Positions 18,740-28,891 of a stretch of 64,000 bases of DNA are shown here, one piece after another. How positions within the stretch are numbered: position 1 is the first letter of the stretch; every line of letters begins with the position of its first letter. The DNA lies in assembly GCA_963762255.1 (NCBI GenBank), contig CAVXKA010000002.1, positions 544,001-608,000 on the forward strand, read 5' to 3'. Both the position numbers and the translations under genes were made by a program. Below the pieces are notes generated by a model. It made no database searches, was not told where the DNA came from, and saw only the letters and a list, made by a program, of their open reading frames with translations. Source of the DNA: Candidatus Eiseniibacteriota bacterium. GTDB taxonomy: Bacteria; Eisenbacteria; RBG-16-71-46; JABDJR01.

Positions 18740-19214
18740 GGAGCCTCAGCCGCACGTGAAGGAGTCGTTCGATCCCCAACCGCGCCAGCGGCACCGCCAG
18801 CGCGGTGAGTAGCGCGGAAGGGAGGGCGATGAGGAGCATGTAGCGCGGAAACGCGGTCAGTTCGCCGCCGCCCAGGAGCACGAGGCTCATGGCGGACCTG
18901 GCCAGGACGGCCAGAAAGAGAAACGTCGCCTGGGTGAGCGGCGAATCGCGGTACACGCTGCGGGAGAACGAACCCGCGAGCCAGCCCACCAGCGACATCG
19001 GCAGCGCCTCGACGCCGATGACGTTGCCGTAGATGAGATCGCGCAGCACGCCGAGGGCGAAGCCGGCGGCGGCACCGGCCGGCGGCTTGCGCGCCAGCGC
19101 GATGAGCACGACGAGGCCGAGAAGCAGATCGGGATGTGCGGGAAACCTGGCGAACAGGGCGAGCCGGACAGCTTCCAGTACCAGCGCGAGGACCAGCACC
19201 AGGAGCGTCTGCAT
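18711..19214 (-). CDS. mreD: Rod shape-determining protein MreD
   Basis: Hydrophobic, PDLLL, GFALGVLRD; operon position. Confidence 0.9.
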   Translation of the reverse strand: MQTLLVLVLALVLEAVRLALFARFPAHPDLLLGLVVLIALARKPPAGAAAGFALGVLRDLIYGNVIGVEALPMSLVGWLAGSFSRSVYRDSPLTQATFLFLAVLARSAMSLVLLGGGELTAFPRYMLLIALPSALLTALAVPLARLGIERLLHVRLRLHAPKIFVKR

Positions 19215-20251
19215 CACAGCGAGTCCTGCTGCGCCGCGGGCTGCGGCGGTATCCACGGCCCCAGCTCGTCGTCGGGAGGCGGAGGCAACGACGGGGGCGC
19301 CTCGCGGCGTGCGGCGCTGTCCGCCGCCGCGCTGTCACCGAGCGCTCCGGCACTGTCGGCGACACCACCGAAAATCTCCTCCGCCGCTGGGGACGCGGAG
19401 GATCCGAACGGCAGTGACGGCCACGACGGCCCTGGACCCGGCTGGAGAACGAAGACTTCCTCCAGGCGGAAGAACGTGCCGAACGGGCGGAGGGTCGCTT
19501 CCTTCAAGAGTCGATCGGGAGACTCCTCGATATCGCTCACAACTCCCACCAGGAGACCCGGCGGAAACACGCCGCCCAGTCCGCTGGTGAGAAGCGTGTC
19601 GCCGGGAACCATGTCCGCATAGAGCGGAACCATCGTGATCTTGAGACGGCTCGCTCCGGGATCCCACACCACGATGCCGAGCACGCGGCTTCGCGCAACG
19701 CGCACGCTCACCGGAGTGTCCTCGTTGCGCAGCAGGCGCACCCGCGATTGGAGGTCCTCGACCTGATCCACCACTCCCACCAGCCCGCGCACGGTGGTGA
19801 CCGGCTCGCCCCCGAGGAGCCCGCGGTTGAAGCCGAGATTCACCCACGCGACGCCGCGAAGCGGATCCAGATCGAGGCCGATCACCCGCCCTGGCAGCGT
19901 GCGGAAGCCGGAAGGCGGCTCGTAGCCGAGCATCTCGCGCAGCCGCACGTTCTCGCGCTCGGCTTCGCGAAGCCGCTCCATCTCGAGCTGCGAATCCATG
20001 ACGCGCTGCGAGGGACCGCGCGACCGGGTGAAGAGACGGGAGATCTTGAGCGGCTGCGACAGGACGTTCATGAGGCCGCCAGCGGCTCCGTCCACTGCAG
20101 GAGCGAGCACGGGGGGACGGCGCAGCACCCGCACGGTGCCCGCGCCGACGAGAACCGCAGCGGCAAGAAGGACCACGAGGAGCCCGCGGCGGCGGTCGAA
20201 GAAGGCCACCACGCGCTGGACCGCCTCGATGAGCAGATTGAGGAGGGGCAT
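19214..20251 (-). CDS. mreC: Rod shape-determining protein MreC
   Basis: ENVRLREML coiled coil, GLVGVV, TSGLGGVFPPG. Confidence 0.93.
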   Translation of the reverse strand: MPLLNLLIEAVQRVVAFFDRRRGLLVVLLAAAVLVGAGTVRVLRRPPVLAPAVDGAAGGLMNVLSQPLKISRLFTRSRGPSQRVMDSQLEMERLREAERENVRLREMLGYEPPSGFRTLPGRVIGLDLDPLRGVAWVNLGFNRGLLGGEPVTTVRGLVGVVDQVEDLQSRVRLLRNEDTPVSVRVARSRVLGIVVWDPGASRLKITMVPLYADMVPGDTLLTSGLGGVFPPGLLVGVVSDIEESPDRLLKEATLRPFGTFFRLEEVFVLQPGPGPSWPSLPFGSSASPAAEEIFGGVADSAGALGDSAAADSAARREAPPSLPPPPDDELGPWIPPQPAAQQDSL

Positions 20252-20276
20252 GACGGAGATCCGCGGTTCCGGGGTC

Positions 20277-21311
20277 TCAGTCCCGGAACGATTTCATGAG
20301 GACCTTCTCGTACAGCTCCAGATTCTCCAGCACCTTGCCCGTCCCGAGCACCACGCAGAGGAGCGCCTCGTCGGAGACCGTGATCGGCAGGTTGGTGGCC
20401 TCGCGCAGGAGCACATCCAGCCCGCGCAAGAGACTCCCGCCCCCGGTCATGAGGATCCCGCGGTCCACGATGTCGGCGGCCAGCTCGGGCGGGGTCTGCT
20501 CCAGCGACGTGCGCAGCGCCTCCACGATCTGGCCGATCGGCTCCTGGAGCGCTTCGCGAATCTCGGTGGAACTCACCTTGATCGTCTTGGGAATGCCGCC
20601 GATGAGATCGCGCCCCTTGATCTCCATCTCCTCCTCTTCCTCGAGCGGGAACGCGGAGCCGATCCGGATCTTGATCTGCTCGGCGGTCTGATCGCCGATG
20701 AGGAGGTTGTAGGCGCGCTTCACGTACTGGACGATGGCTTCGTCCATCTTGTCGCCGCCCACGCGCACGGATGTGTCGTGAACGATGCCGTTCAAGGTCA
20801 TCACCGCGATCTCGGTGGTGCCCCCGCCGATGTCGATGACCATGTTCCCGCACGGCTTGTCGACGGGAAGGCCGACGCCGATGGCGGCCGCGATGGGCTC
20901 TGCGACCATCAGCACTTCGCGCGCGCCCGCCGCTTCCGCCGAGTCGCGCACCGCGCGCTTCTCCACCTCGGTGATGCCGGAAGGGACGGCCACGATGACC
21001 CGCGGTCGCACCAGAAACTTGCGCTTCTGCACCCGCTGGATGAACTCGCGGATCATGTCTTCGGTCTTCTCGAAGTCAGTGATCACGCCGTTCTGCATCG
21101 GACGTACCGCGATGATCTCCTCGGGAGTGCGCCCGAGCATCTCCTTCGCTTCCTTGCCTACTGCGAGCACGCGTCCGGTGCCGCGATCCACCGCCACGAC
21201 CGAGGGCTCGTTGAGCACGATCCCCTTGCCCTTGACGTAGACAAGGGTGTTGGCGGTGCCGAGATCGATGGCGACGTCGGTGGTGAAGACGCCCATCAAA
21301 CGATCGAACAT
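20277..21311 (-). CDS. mreB: Rod shape-determining protein MreB
   Basis: IDLGTANT, EPSVVA, DIGGGTTE, TGGGSLL. Confidence 0.98.
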   Translation of the reverse strand: MFDRLMGVFTTDVAIDLGTANTLVYVKGKGIVLNEPSVVAVDRGTGRVLAVGKEAKEMLGRTPEEIIAVRPMQNGVITDFEKTEDMIREFIQRVQKRKFLVRPRVIVAVPSGITEVEKRAVRDSAEAAGAREVLMVAEPIAAAIGVGLPVDKPCGNMVIDIGGGTTEIAVMTLNGIVHDTSVRVGGDKMDEAIVQYVKRAYNLLIGDQTAEQIKIRIGSAFPLEEEEEMEIKGRDLIGGIPKTIKVSSTEIREALQEPIGQIVEALRTSLEQTPPELAADIVDRGILMTGGGSLLRGLDVLLREATNLPITVSDEALLCVVLGTGKVLENLELYEKVLMKSFRD

Positions 21312-21453
21312 TCGGTTCTCTGTCCTTTCAAGAGTCTCGATGAGGGTGCGGACGCCCGAGGCAATAAAGCGTCCGTCCAGGAGCGCTAACCCTCTAAGCG
21401 ATAAACCGATGGGACGCTATCAAGGGTTCGCGGCCCCGACAAGGGGGAAACGG

Positions 21454-22728
21454 CTAACCCGCGGTGGAGACACGCATCCGATGGGCGAGGACGCTCCGGC
21501 ACTCGGCGCTCAGACGGCGGAGCCGCGCCGCGTGCTGGGTCTCGGCGGCGCCGCGCGAGCCGGCGGCCTGGAGGCGGCGCGACGCCGCGTCGAGGAGCCG
21601 TGCCGCGCGGTCAAGATCGCCGAGATCCCGCCGCGCAATGTCCCCCGCCCGCTCGAGGACCGCCGCCGCCGACGCGTCCGAACGCTCCACTGCACCGGTG
21701 CGCTCGTAGAGATCGGCCGCGCGCACGAGTTCGCCGGAGCTTTCCAGCCCCTGAGCCACCCGAGCGAGCGAGCGCGCGTCCGGAATCGCCGCGTTGTCCA
21801 CCCGTTCCATCTCATCCGCGACGTCCGCCGCATCCCTCCACGCGCCGCGAGCGACCAGGGCGGCGAAGGCGCAATGGTAGGCGGCAAGCGCTTCGCTGTC
21901 CCGGCGCACGAGGCGCAGACAGCGAGCCTCGCCCAACATTCCATCCACCCGCTCCCCCGCCCCCTCGCGATAGGCCTGGTATTCGCCCAGAGCGGCGTAC
22001 CAGTTCGCCTCGCTCAGGTAGCGCTCGGCGCGCAGAAGGCGCCGCTCCGAAAGACCGCGGCGGAAGAGGCCGGACGCCGCGCCGATCCCGAACCCCAGGG
22101 CGAGGCCGGTGAAATGGGCCCAGTACGCCGTGTCTCCCCGGGGATCATCGAGTGCGATCGCCGCGTAAGCCGCCTGGAGCCCGCTCCAGGCAGCGAGCGC
22201 CACCCATGCGGGCAGCGCGGTCACCCCGCCCCGCGCGGTGCCTCGAAGGTACGCGAAGGTGGCGTGCGCCACGCGGACGCGGAGGAACCAACAGCGGGCC
22301 GCAAAGAGCCCCATGAGCCCGGCGATGGCCCCCGACGCGCCGAGCACCACCGCGCCCTGTTGCCCGGGATAGAGGGCGCGCGAGAGCTCGGCCTCGACCA
22401 GCATGGAGACGAGCCCCGAAAGGAGAAACACCGCCAGGAACGGTGCCCTGCCGACGCGATCCTCGAGCGCGGGGCCGAAGGTCACGAGGTAGAGGAGGTT
22501 TCCTCCCAGGTGAAGGAGGTTCGCGTGCACGAAGCAGGCGGTGAGAGCCTGGGAGAGGGTCGGGGCGTCCGCGGACAGGACGAGGCGGCCCCACCACGCG
22601 TAGGTGGGCGCGAAGTAGTTGAGCAGGTAGTGCACCAGGGCGAGCGCAATTACGAGCCCCAGCGTGGCCACCGGGGTTCGCTTCAGCCGGGTCTCGGTGC
22701 CGAGCGGGAAGTAGAAGAAGTAGTACAT
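21454..22728 (-). CDS. Rhomboid intramembrane serine protease with C-terminal TPR-like helices
   Basis: HANLLHLGGN, GASGA (catalytic Ser), AYWAH (catalytic His). Confidence 0.88.
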   Translation of the reverse strand: MYYFFYFPLGTETRLKRTPVATLGLVIALALVHYLLNYFAPTYAWWGRLVLSADAPTLSQALTACFVHANLLHLGGNLLYLVTFGPALEDRVGRAPFLAVFLLSGLVSMLVEAELSRALYPGQQGAVVLGASGAIAGLMGLFAARCWFLRVRVAHATFAYLRGTARGGVTALPAWVALAAWSGLQAAYAAIALDDPRGDTAYWAHFTGLALGFGIGAASGLFRRGLSERRLLRAERYLSEANWYAALGEYQAYREGAGERVDGMLGEARCLRLVRRDSEALAAYHCAFAALVARGAWRDAADVADEMERVDNAAIPDARSLARVAQGLESSGELVRAADLYERTGAVERSDASAAAVLERAGDIARRDLGDLDRAARLLDAASRRLQAAGSRGAAETQHAARLRRLSAECRSVLAHRMRVSTAG

Positions 22729-22819
22729 GGGCCCCGATCCGGTATCGGCACCGAATCGGGGTCCATTGAGCGAAGCCGGGGCGCCCCCCCTGGCCGGGAG
22801 GACGCCCGAGGACGGGTTC

Positions 22820-23977
22820 CTAGAAGTAGTAGGTGCCGGTGATGCTCGTAATCGGGCGGCTCGTCTCCCCGCTGAAGAGGTAGCCGCCGGTGAAGAGCGC
22901 GTCCGGGTTTACGGTGGCATCCACGTCGAAGTGCTCGAAATGGAGGCCCATGCCGAGTCCGAAGTAGTAACTGGAGGACACCGCATCCGTGGTCTCGGCG
23001 TCCTCGAAACCAGGGTCGACCGTGCTCAGGTCGATGGACTTGGTGGCTCCCACGCGGGCGGTCAGCCAGGAGTACACATCGAACTCGAGCGCGACGAAGA
23101 GTGCGGGCATGTCCCACCGCGAGAACTCGGCGCTCTGTGCCGCGCCGGTCGTGTAGGTGGTGCGCTTCAGGTAGTTGGCGGCGATCCCCATGATCAGGAG
23201 GTCGTCCCCGTTCACCTCGTGGTGCGCGGCGATACCGATGTTGAGCCGGTCCGAGCGGGTGACGTCGGCATCTTCCTCGGCGGTGACGTCGGTGCGGCCG
23301 TAGCTCAGGAGCGGCACCAGCGTCGTGCCCTCACTCACTTCGCTCATCATGCGGCCGACCAACCGATAGGTCAGGTTGCCGGCGTCCTCGCTGATGACCG
23401 TCCCTGCGGAGTTCTTGTCCTCCCAGGAGTACTGGGCCAGCTCTCCGGCCAGCTCCAGGGTGCTCTTGTCGCCCACGTCGAACTTCGCTCCGCCGATCAC
23501 GCTGAGGAGGCCCGCTCCCCCGCCGGCCACGTTGATGGGCGAGCGACGGAACGCGCCCGTTTCCACGCTGCTGTCCACCCAGTTCAGGGCCAGGCCCAGC
23601 GCCAGACCGGAGAACTGCTTCGCCCAGGTCAGATCGAGCTCCGCGGACTCCGCCGCGATCGTGCCCCCGACTTCATTGGTCACGAAGATCCGGTTCTCCT
23701 GGTTCAGGTAGATTGCGAACGCGCCGTACGAGCTGTTCTCTCCCGCGCCGATCACGCCGACTGAGCGGTTCCCGCCATCCCGGCTGCCCAGAGACGCGGT
23801 CACGAGGTTCTTGTAGCGGGCGACCACGGTCGGGAAGATGCGGAAGTTGTGATAGTCCTCCACGTACTCGCGCTGCACGGCGAGACCGTCGAGCCGGGCA
23901 TCGGACGCCGGCGCAACGGAGGGAAGCAGGGCGAGCAGGCCGAAGAACAGAAGACCTGCGAATACGGTTCTCATCAA
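22820..23977 (-). CDS. Putative outer-membrane beta-barrel protein
   Basis: Signal peptide, alternating beta-strand pattern, C-terminal TGTYYF. Confidence 0.65.
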   Translation of the reverse strand: MMRTVFAGLLFFGLLALLPSVAPASDARLDGLAVQREYVEDYHNFRIFPTVVARYKNLVTASLGSRDGGNRSVGVIGAGENSSYGAFAIYLNQENRIFVTNEVGGTIAAESAELDLTWAKQFSGLALGLALNWVDSSVETGAFRRSPINVAGGGAGLLSVIGGAKFDVGDKSTLELAGELAQYSWEDKNSAGTVISEDAGNLTYRLVGRMMSEVSEGTTLVPLLSYGRTDVTAEEDADVTRSDRLNIGIAAHHEVNGDDLLIMGIAANYLKRTTYTTGAAQSAEFSRWDMPALFVALEFDVYSWLTARVGATKSIDLSTVDPGFEDAETTDAVSSSYYFGLGMGLHFEHFDVDATVNPDALFTGGYLFSGETSRPITSITGTYYF

Positions 23978-24091
23978 ATGCCCCCTTGGTTACGGTCGAT
24001 AGGGTGCCGGGAGCCGGAAGGCGAGGTCACCCGCCGAGACACCGCGCGCACCCGGGCACGCGTCCAACCCCGGTCCTGACCGGACGGCAGG

Positions 24092-24120
24092 ACGCTAAGA
24101 CAGCCTCAAGAGGCTGTCAA
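24092..24120 (-). promoter_or_regulatory. Sigma-70 promoter overlapped by a palindromic operator, upstream of the beta-barrel gene
   Basis: TTGACA-17 nt-TAGCGT; inverted repeat GACAGCCTC-AA-GAGGCTGTC at 24099-24118. Confidence 0.6.
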
Positions 24121-24974
24121 TCCGGGGTCTTCTGGAGGAGCACCGGCCCTGCGGCGCGGAACAAGCGGGAGAGGTCTCGGTCGAAATCGGAGTCCTCCGA
24201 GCGGAGCGAGTTGATCCGCACGCGCCCGCGCGCATGGAGGAATCTTCCCTCGCGCAGGCAGATGCCCACGTGGGAGACCGCGGCATCGGAGGTGCCGAAG
24301 AAGATGAGATGCCCGAACTGGGCCTCGATGGGGTCGCGGTGGATGTAGGACTCGCGGCGAACCCATCGGAATTGATCCTTGGAGTCGCGCGGCAGCAGTA
24401 CGCCGTGCATGCGAAACACCGTCTGCACGAGCCCCGAGCAATCGAGCCCCTTAGCGGTCACTCCTCCCCACTGGTAGGGCACACCGAGGAACCGATGCGC
24501 GGTCCTCAGCAGCGAGGGAATGTCGCGAGGCCGCAGACGGGGACGCAGCGTGGCGCGGTCGACGAGCAGATCGTGGGAGTGCAGATACCCCGGGACCTCG
24601 TCGGGAAGGAGGACACGAAGCCAGTTCCCCGAGCGTCCGATGCGCGGAAGCTTCGCCCCGAGCGGGGCCTCGCGCAGGGCCAGGCTGCGGCTGGTGGGAC
24701 GCTCGCGCAGCCTCGCCACCAGCGAGTCCACCTCCACCATGGGGCCGCTCTGCCACGTCGCGATCTGGGCCGCGCCGGCGGGATGCACCGACCACGACCT
24801 GATCCAACCCCGGTAGCCATCCGGACATTCCACTCGGAGCCAGCGCCCCTTGTCGCGCAGGCCCAGTACGAGCAGCGGCGTTCCCAGGATGACCTGAGAG
24901 ACCTGCTCCGCGGCGTGCTCCGGCTGCCTGCGGATCTCCCCCACCGCCTCGCTGACGATTACGCGGCTCTTCAT
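24117..24974 (-). CDS. SH3-domain NlpC/P60 (C40) peptidase
   Basis: PYQWGG..GLDCSGLVQ, LPRDS, SHVGI, FLHA. Confidence 0.9.
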   Translation of the reverse strand: MKSRVIVSEAVGEIRRQPEHAAEQVSQVILGTPLLVLGLRDKGRWLRVECPDGYRGWIRSWSVHPAGAAQIATWQSGPMVEVDSLVARLRERPTSRSLALREAPLGAKLPRIGRSGNWLRVLLPDEVPGYLHSHDLLVDRATLRPRLRPRDIPSLLRTAHRFLGVPYQWGGVTAKGLDCSGLVQTVFRMHGVLLPRDSKDQFRWVRRESYIHRDPIEAQFGHLIFFGTSDAAVSHVGICLREGRFLHARGRVRINSLRSEDSDFDRDLSRLFRAAGPVLLQKTPD

Positions 24975-24987
24975 GCGCGGCCTCCGA

Positions 24988-26265
24988 TCAATTTCGGCGC
25001 GTCCCCACCAGGCGGAAACGTCCGAATCCGTCCTGGTCCTGAAAGACAAAGGTGGCGTTTCGCTCGTAATAAGTCCAGATCTCAGTCGGGGTCCCGCCGA
25101 CGTCGCTCACGGTGCGGTCCACCTGTTCGGGGGGGCCGTACTTGACGTAGATGCGCCCCATGTCGGAACGCCAACCGGGTTCCAGGACGCCGAAGTTGCG
25201 GGCCGCGTATTCGACGCGCTGCAAGAATTCGATCAGCGCCTCGTTGGCGCTGCTGCCGGGGTCGGGATCGCGCCGAGCCCAGAACCGCGTCCAGATCGAC
25301 TCCAACGAATCGTCGGGCGCGTTTTCGAGAGCGATCATCTCGTCGTTGGTTGCGACGTAACCGAGCACCGTGCGCACCATCTGGGGGTCGCGCAGTACCG
25401 AGATGCGGCTCTCGTCGATCCGGAACGAGCCCTCGCGGCGAACCCGCGACGATCCGAGGCTCACGTCCACGGTCAACCGATACGTCCCCGTGGTGAGACC
25501 GGCGATTCCCGGGCGCAGGACGACGCTCCCTCGCCTCTCGCGGCGCGGGAAGGCGAGCGTGGAGTCCCGCACCGAGCGGTTCCCGTCGTCGCGGATCTCC
25601 CAGCGCAGCGCGTACGCGGTGTCGGGAAGCCCGGCGAGGCTGTCCGCGGTGAGCGCGTACACGCAAACGACAGGCACATCGTCTCCGTAGCTGCGCGAAG
25701 GGTGGGGCAGCACGTCCCCCTCGAAGTTCTCCGCGGGCGCGGCGAGGACGAGGTCATCACACACCCCGAAGACAAGATCGGAGACCCTCAGCGACGCCGC
25801 GACGAACGAGGGCACCTTGAGTTCCAGTTCCGTCTCACCGAAGAGCCGCGTGCCGGGAACCGCGACCCGCACCTTGACCCGCGCGTCACCGGCGGGCAGG
25901 TGGAACACGTAGCGCCGCTGCAGCGAGCGTCCCTCGTTCTCTTCGCTCACCGGCGAGCCCGGAATGCGGTGATAGGACCAGTTGTCGCCTGCAAGCGGAC
26001 GTCCCTTGTGGTCGGCCCATGTCGCGGCAACGTCGAGGTCGGCGAATCCCCCGCCGGCGCCGTCGGCGGTGAAGGGAAGCGAGGTGAGAGGCACGCTCAC
26101 GTAGAGGTGCGTCTCGGTGCGGCCCAGCGAATCGGGAAAGGACGCGGTGTCGGCCGCGAATCGGATGCCGCCCGCGACAGGCGTCCCCGCCGCCGCAGTC
26201 GCGTCCGCAATCAAGGTGAGCAACGCCACGATCGTCGAGGCCCGCACGGCGGTGACGGCGCTCAT
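24988..26265 (-). CDS. GWxTD domain-containing secreted protein
   Basis: FWARRDPDP..NE...GWRSDMGRIYVKYGPP. Confidence 0.85.
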   Translation of the reverse strand: MSAVTAVRASTIVALLTLIADATAAAGTPVAGGIRFAADTASFPDSLGRTETHLYVSVPLTSLPFTADGAGGGFADLDVAATWADHKGRPLAGDNWSYHRIPGSPVSEENEGRSLQRRYVFHLPAGDARVKVRVAVPGTRLFGETELELKVPSFVAASLRVSDLVFGVCDDLVLAAPAENFEGDVLPHPSRSYGDDVPVVCVYALTADSLAGLPDTAYALRWEIRDDGNRSVRDSTLAFPRRERRGSVVLRPGIAGLTTGTYRLTVDVSLGSSRVRREGSFRIDESRISVLRDPQMVRTVLGYVATNDEMIALENAPDDSLESIWTRFWARRDPDPGSSANEALIEFLQRVEYAARNFGVLEPGWRSDMGRIYVKYGPPEQVDRTVSDVGGTPTEIWTYYERNATFVFQDQDGFGRFRLVGTRRN

Positions 26266-27284
26266 CCCCCGATCCGGTGCATTCCCCGTCCCTCGACCGG
26301 GCCGACCGCGGTGCCCTCGCGGATCTCCCGATGGTAGGGATGCTCCTCGGGCTTCTGCCGAATAGCCAGTCGGAAGAGATCGGCCAACCGCTCGTCATCG
26401 GCGCCCTCGCGCATGGCCAGGCGGAAATCGATCTCGTTCTCGTTGAGCAGGCAGCCTCGGAGCTTGCCTTCCGAGGTCAGCCGAACCCGGTTGCAGCGGG
26501 AACAGAACGCGCGGTCGGTGATCGGGGAGATGAAGGAGATTCGGCCCGCCCACCCGGAAGCGGTGTAGGTCTGAGCGGGCCCGCCGTCGTGCGGCGGATC
26601 GACAGGCGTGAGCGGATGGCGCGCCTCGATGGCGGCGCGGATCTCCGCACTTGGCAGGACCTGGGCCAGGCTCCAGCCGTTCCCGCCGAACGGCATGAAC
26701 TCGATAAAGCGAATGTCCAGCGGGCGGGTGCGCGCCAACTCCACGAAGTCGAAGAGCTCGTCCTCGGTGGTTCCCTTGATGAGCACCGTGTTGAGCTTGA
26801 CTGGATGGAGCCCTGCGTCCAGGGCGGCTTCGATACCGGCGAGGACGTCCTCGAGCTTGTCCTGACCGGTGATCCGCTGGAAGCGCTCGCGCACGAGTGT
26901 GTCGAGGCTGATGTTGACCCGGTCCAGCCCGGCGGCGCGCAGCTCGCGCGCATGGCGCGCGAGGAGGACCGCATTGGAGGTCATGACGAGCTGATGGAGC
27001 CGCGGCCCGTCGTTCTCGCCGTGCTTGTGCCGTCCCAGCCGCTCGACCAGATGCACGAGATCCTTGCGCACCGTAGGCTCGCCGCCGGTCAGGCGCACCT
27101 TTTTCCAGCCCAACATCACCGCGATCCCCACGAGACGGTCGATCTCCTCGAAGGTGAGCACTTCCTCGCGCTCGGCGTGCAGAGGATGGTCCGGCATGCA
27201 GTACGTGCAGCGCAGATTGCATCGGTCGGTGACCGAGATGCGAAGATAGGTGATCGCCCGGTCGAACGGGTCCACGAGGGGCAT
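26262..27284 (-). CDS. moaA: GTP 3',8-cyclase MoaA
   Basis: YLRISVTDRCNLRCTYC, FIEFMP, CSRCNR, C-terminal IGG. Confidence 0.97.
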   Translation of the reverse strand: MPLVDPFDRAITYLRISVTDRCNLRCTYCMPDHPLHAEREEVLTFEEIDRLVGIAVMLGWKKVRLTGGEPTVRKDLVHLVERLGRHKHGENDGPRLHQLVMTSNAVLLARHARELRAAGLDRVNISLDTLVRERFQRITGQDKLEDVLAGIEAALDAGLHPVKLNTVLIKGTTEDELFDFVELARTRPLDIRFIEFMPFGGNGWSLAQVLPSAEIRAAIEARHPLTPVDPPHDGGPAQTYTASGWAGRISFISPITDRAFCSRCNRVRLTSEGKLRGCLLNENEIDFRLAMREGADDERLADLFRLAIRQKPEEHPYHREIREGTAVGPVEGRGMHRIGG

Positions 27285-27321
27285 GCGGGTCTCCAGGGGG
27301 CTGATTGGAATCTAAATGAGC

Positions 27322-28062
27322 TTAGCCCCGGCGCGATCGCCGGATCAAGATGAGTCCGAGCAGGACGAGCGCGGCGCTGATCCACTGGGCTAGCGTCAGC
27401 CCCAGCGCGATCGGCAGGTTGAGGCGGATGAACTCGATCAGGAAGCGCTCGGTGCCTGCCAGCACGAGATACAGGCCGAAAGTGAACCCGGGCCGATCGT
27501 CCCACTTTCCGCGCTTGCTCCAGAGGAAGAAGAAGATGGCGAGCGAGACCACGACCTCGTAGACCTGGGTGGGATGCACGCGATCGATCGTGGGCGGAGT
27601 TCCCTTCGGAAATGCCATCGCCCAGGGCAGGTTGGAGACCTTGCCGTAATCGTCCCCGTTCAGGAAACAGCCGATGCGTCCCACGCCGTAGCCGAGCGCC
27701 ACGAGAGGGCCGCCCATGTCGACGAGGGTCAGGAGAGGCACCTTGTAGCGGCGTCCGACGAGCAACACACCGAGCGCTCCCCCGATCAACCCGCCGTAAT
27801 AGGTGAGCCCGGAGCCGGAGAAGATGGAGCCCAAAGGATCCGCGACCAGAACCGACCAGTTGTCGATGAGGTAGTAGATCTTGGCCCCGAGCACGCCGCC
27901 GATCATGGCGCCGAGCGTGCACGAGCCGGCGGCGTCGGCGGAGAATCCACGGCGTGTGAACTCCTTGCCCGCCAACCACGCGATGAGGAGGAACCCCACC
28001 GCCAGCATGAGACCGAAGGAGTGGATCGTGACCGGGCCGAGGCGAAGAATTACAGGCAGCAT
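27322..28062 (-). CDS. lgt: Prolipoprotein diacylglyceryl transferase
   Basis: GLTYYGG, GRIGCFLNG, HPTQVYE, RFLIEFIR. Confidence 0.93.
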   Translation of the reverse strand: MLPVILRLGPVTIHSFGLMLAVGFLLIAWLAGKEFTRRGFSADAAGSCTLGAMIGGVLGAKIYYLIDNWSVLVADPLGSIFSGSGLTYYGGLIGGALGVLLVGRRYKVPLLTLVDMGGPLVALGYGVGRIGCFLNGDDYGKVSNLPWAMAFPKGTPPTIDRVHPTQVYEVVVSLAIFFFLWSKRGKWDDRPGFTFGLYLVLAGTERFLIEFIRLNLPIALGLTLAQWISAALVLLGLILIRRSRRG

Positions 28063-28069
28063 TCAACAA

Positions 28070-28098
28070 ACGGTAGAGAGCGGGCAGGGGGGTGTCAA
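28070..28098 (-). promoter_or_regulatory. Sigma-70 promoter for lgt (probably leaderless)
   Basis: TTGACA-17 nt-TACCGT ending 7 nt before the ATG. Confidence 0.6.
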
Positions 28099-28115
28099 GG
28101 GCGGGCGGAACCGCA

Positions 28116-28625
28116 TCATGCGCACGGCTTCCCGGCGGCCAGGGCGTCAAGCACCACACGATCGGTAGGAAACGCGAGGGGCTCGGGAGGGATGCGCGGA
28201 TCGAACCAGCCGACCTCGCCTGCGTCTCCGCCCGCGCGTTCTCCCCCACCGGTCCGACGCGCGATGAACCAGATGCCGACCGAGTGGGCCTCGGGGTCGT
28301 GGAAGTTCGAGAGCACCGCGTAGACCCGCTCGATCTCGACCTCCCAGCCGCTCTCCTCGAGCATCTCGCGCCGCGCCGCCTCCCGCACGTCCTCGTCCCA
28401 TTCGATGTTGCCGCAGGGGATACACCACGCGCCCGGATACGACGTGCCGGTGCGTTTCACCATGAGCACGTGGCCTGCCGCGTCGCGCAAGATCACCGCG
28501 ACCGCCGCCTTGGGGTTCTGCCAAAGGACGAGGCCGCAGCTCGGGCACGCCGCGCGGACTCGACCGCCGCGCTCGTGCTCGACCGTGATGGATCCGCAGG
28601 CTGGGCAGTGGGTGGTGGCAGGCAC
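28116..28625 (-). CDS. Zinc-ribbon NUDIX hydrolase
   Basis: CPACG/CPSCG and Nudix box G..EWDE..REAARREMLEESG. Confidence 0.88.
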   Translation of the reverse strand: MPATTHCPACGSITVEHERGGRVRAACPSCGLVLWQNPKAAVAVILRDAAGHVLMVKRTGTSYPGAWCIPCGNIEWDEDVREAARREMLEESGWEVEIERVYAVLSNFHDPEAHSVGIWFIARRTGGGERAGGDAGEVGWFDPRIPPEPLAFPTDRVVLDALAAGKPCA

Positions 28626-28652
28626 GAGGCCTTTCGCGCGGCTCCCGAGGGC

Positions 28653-28817
28653 TCAGGGTACGGAAGGGCCGGCGTCCGTCGCGCCGCCCTGCTCCGTCCC
28701 CGCCCGGGTGCGGACTTCGCCGCTCTTGTCGTCCTGCTTCACCGGTCCGGCAAGGAAGGCCAACACCACGACCGCGAGCAGGAAGAAGGGTATGGCCACG
28801 GCGAGGCGCCGGAGCAT
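28653..28817 (-). CDS. Small single-TM hypothetical protein
   Basis: MLRRLAVAIPFFLLAVVVLAFLAG hydrophobic stretch; no family recognised. Confidence 0.4.
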   Translation of the reverse strand: MLRRLAVAIPFFLLAVVVLAFLAGPVKQDDKSGEVRTRAGTEQGGATDAGPSVP

Positions 28818-28891
28818 GGACAAGAGCTTGATCTTCAGCGGTCGTCCCTCATCGGAGCGGGTGAAGGGAATCCAACACATGAACAGGATGG

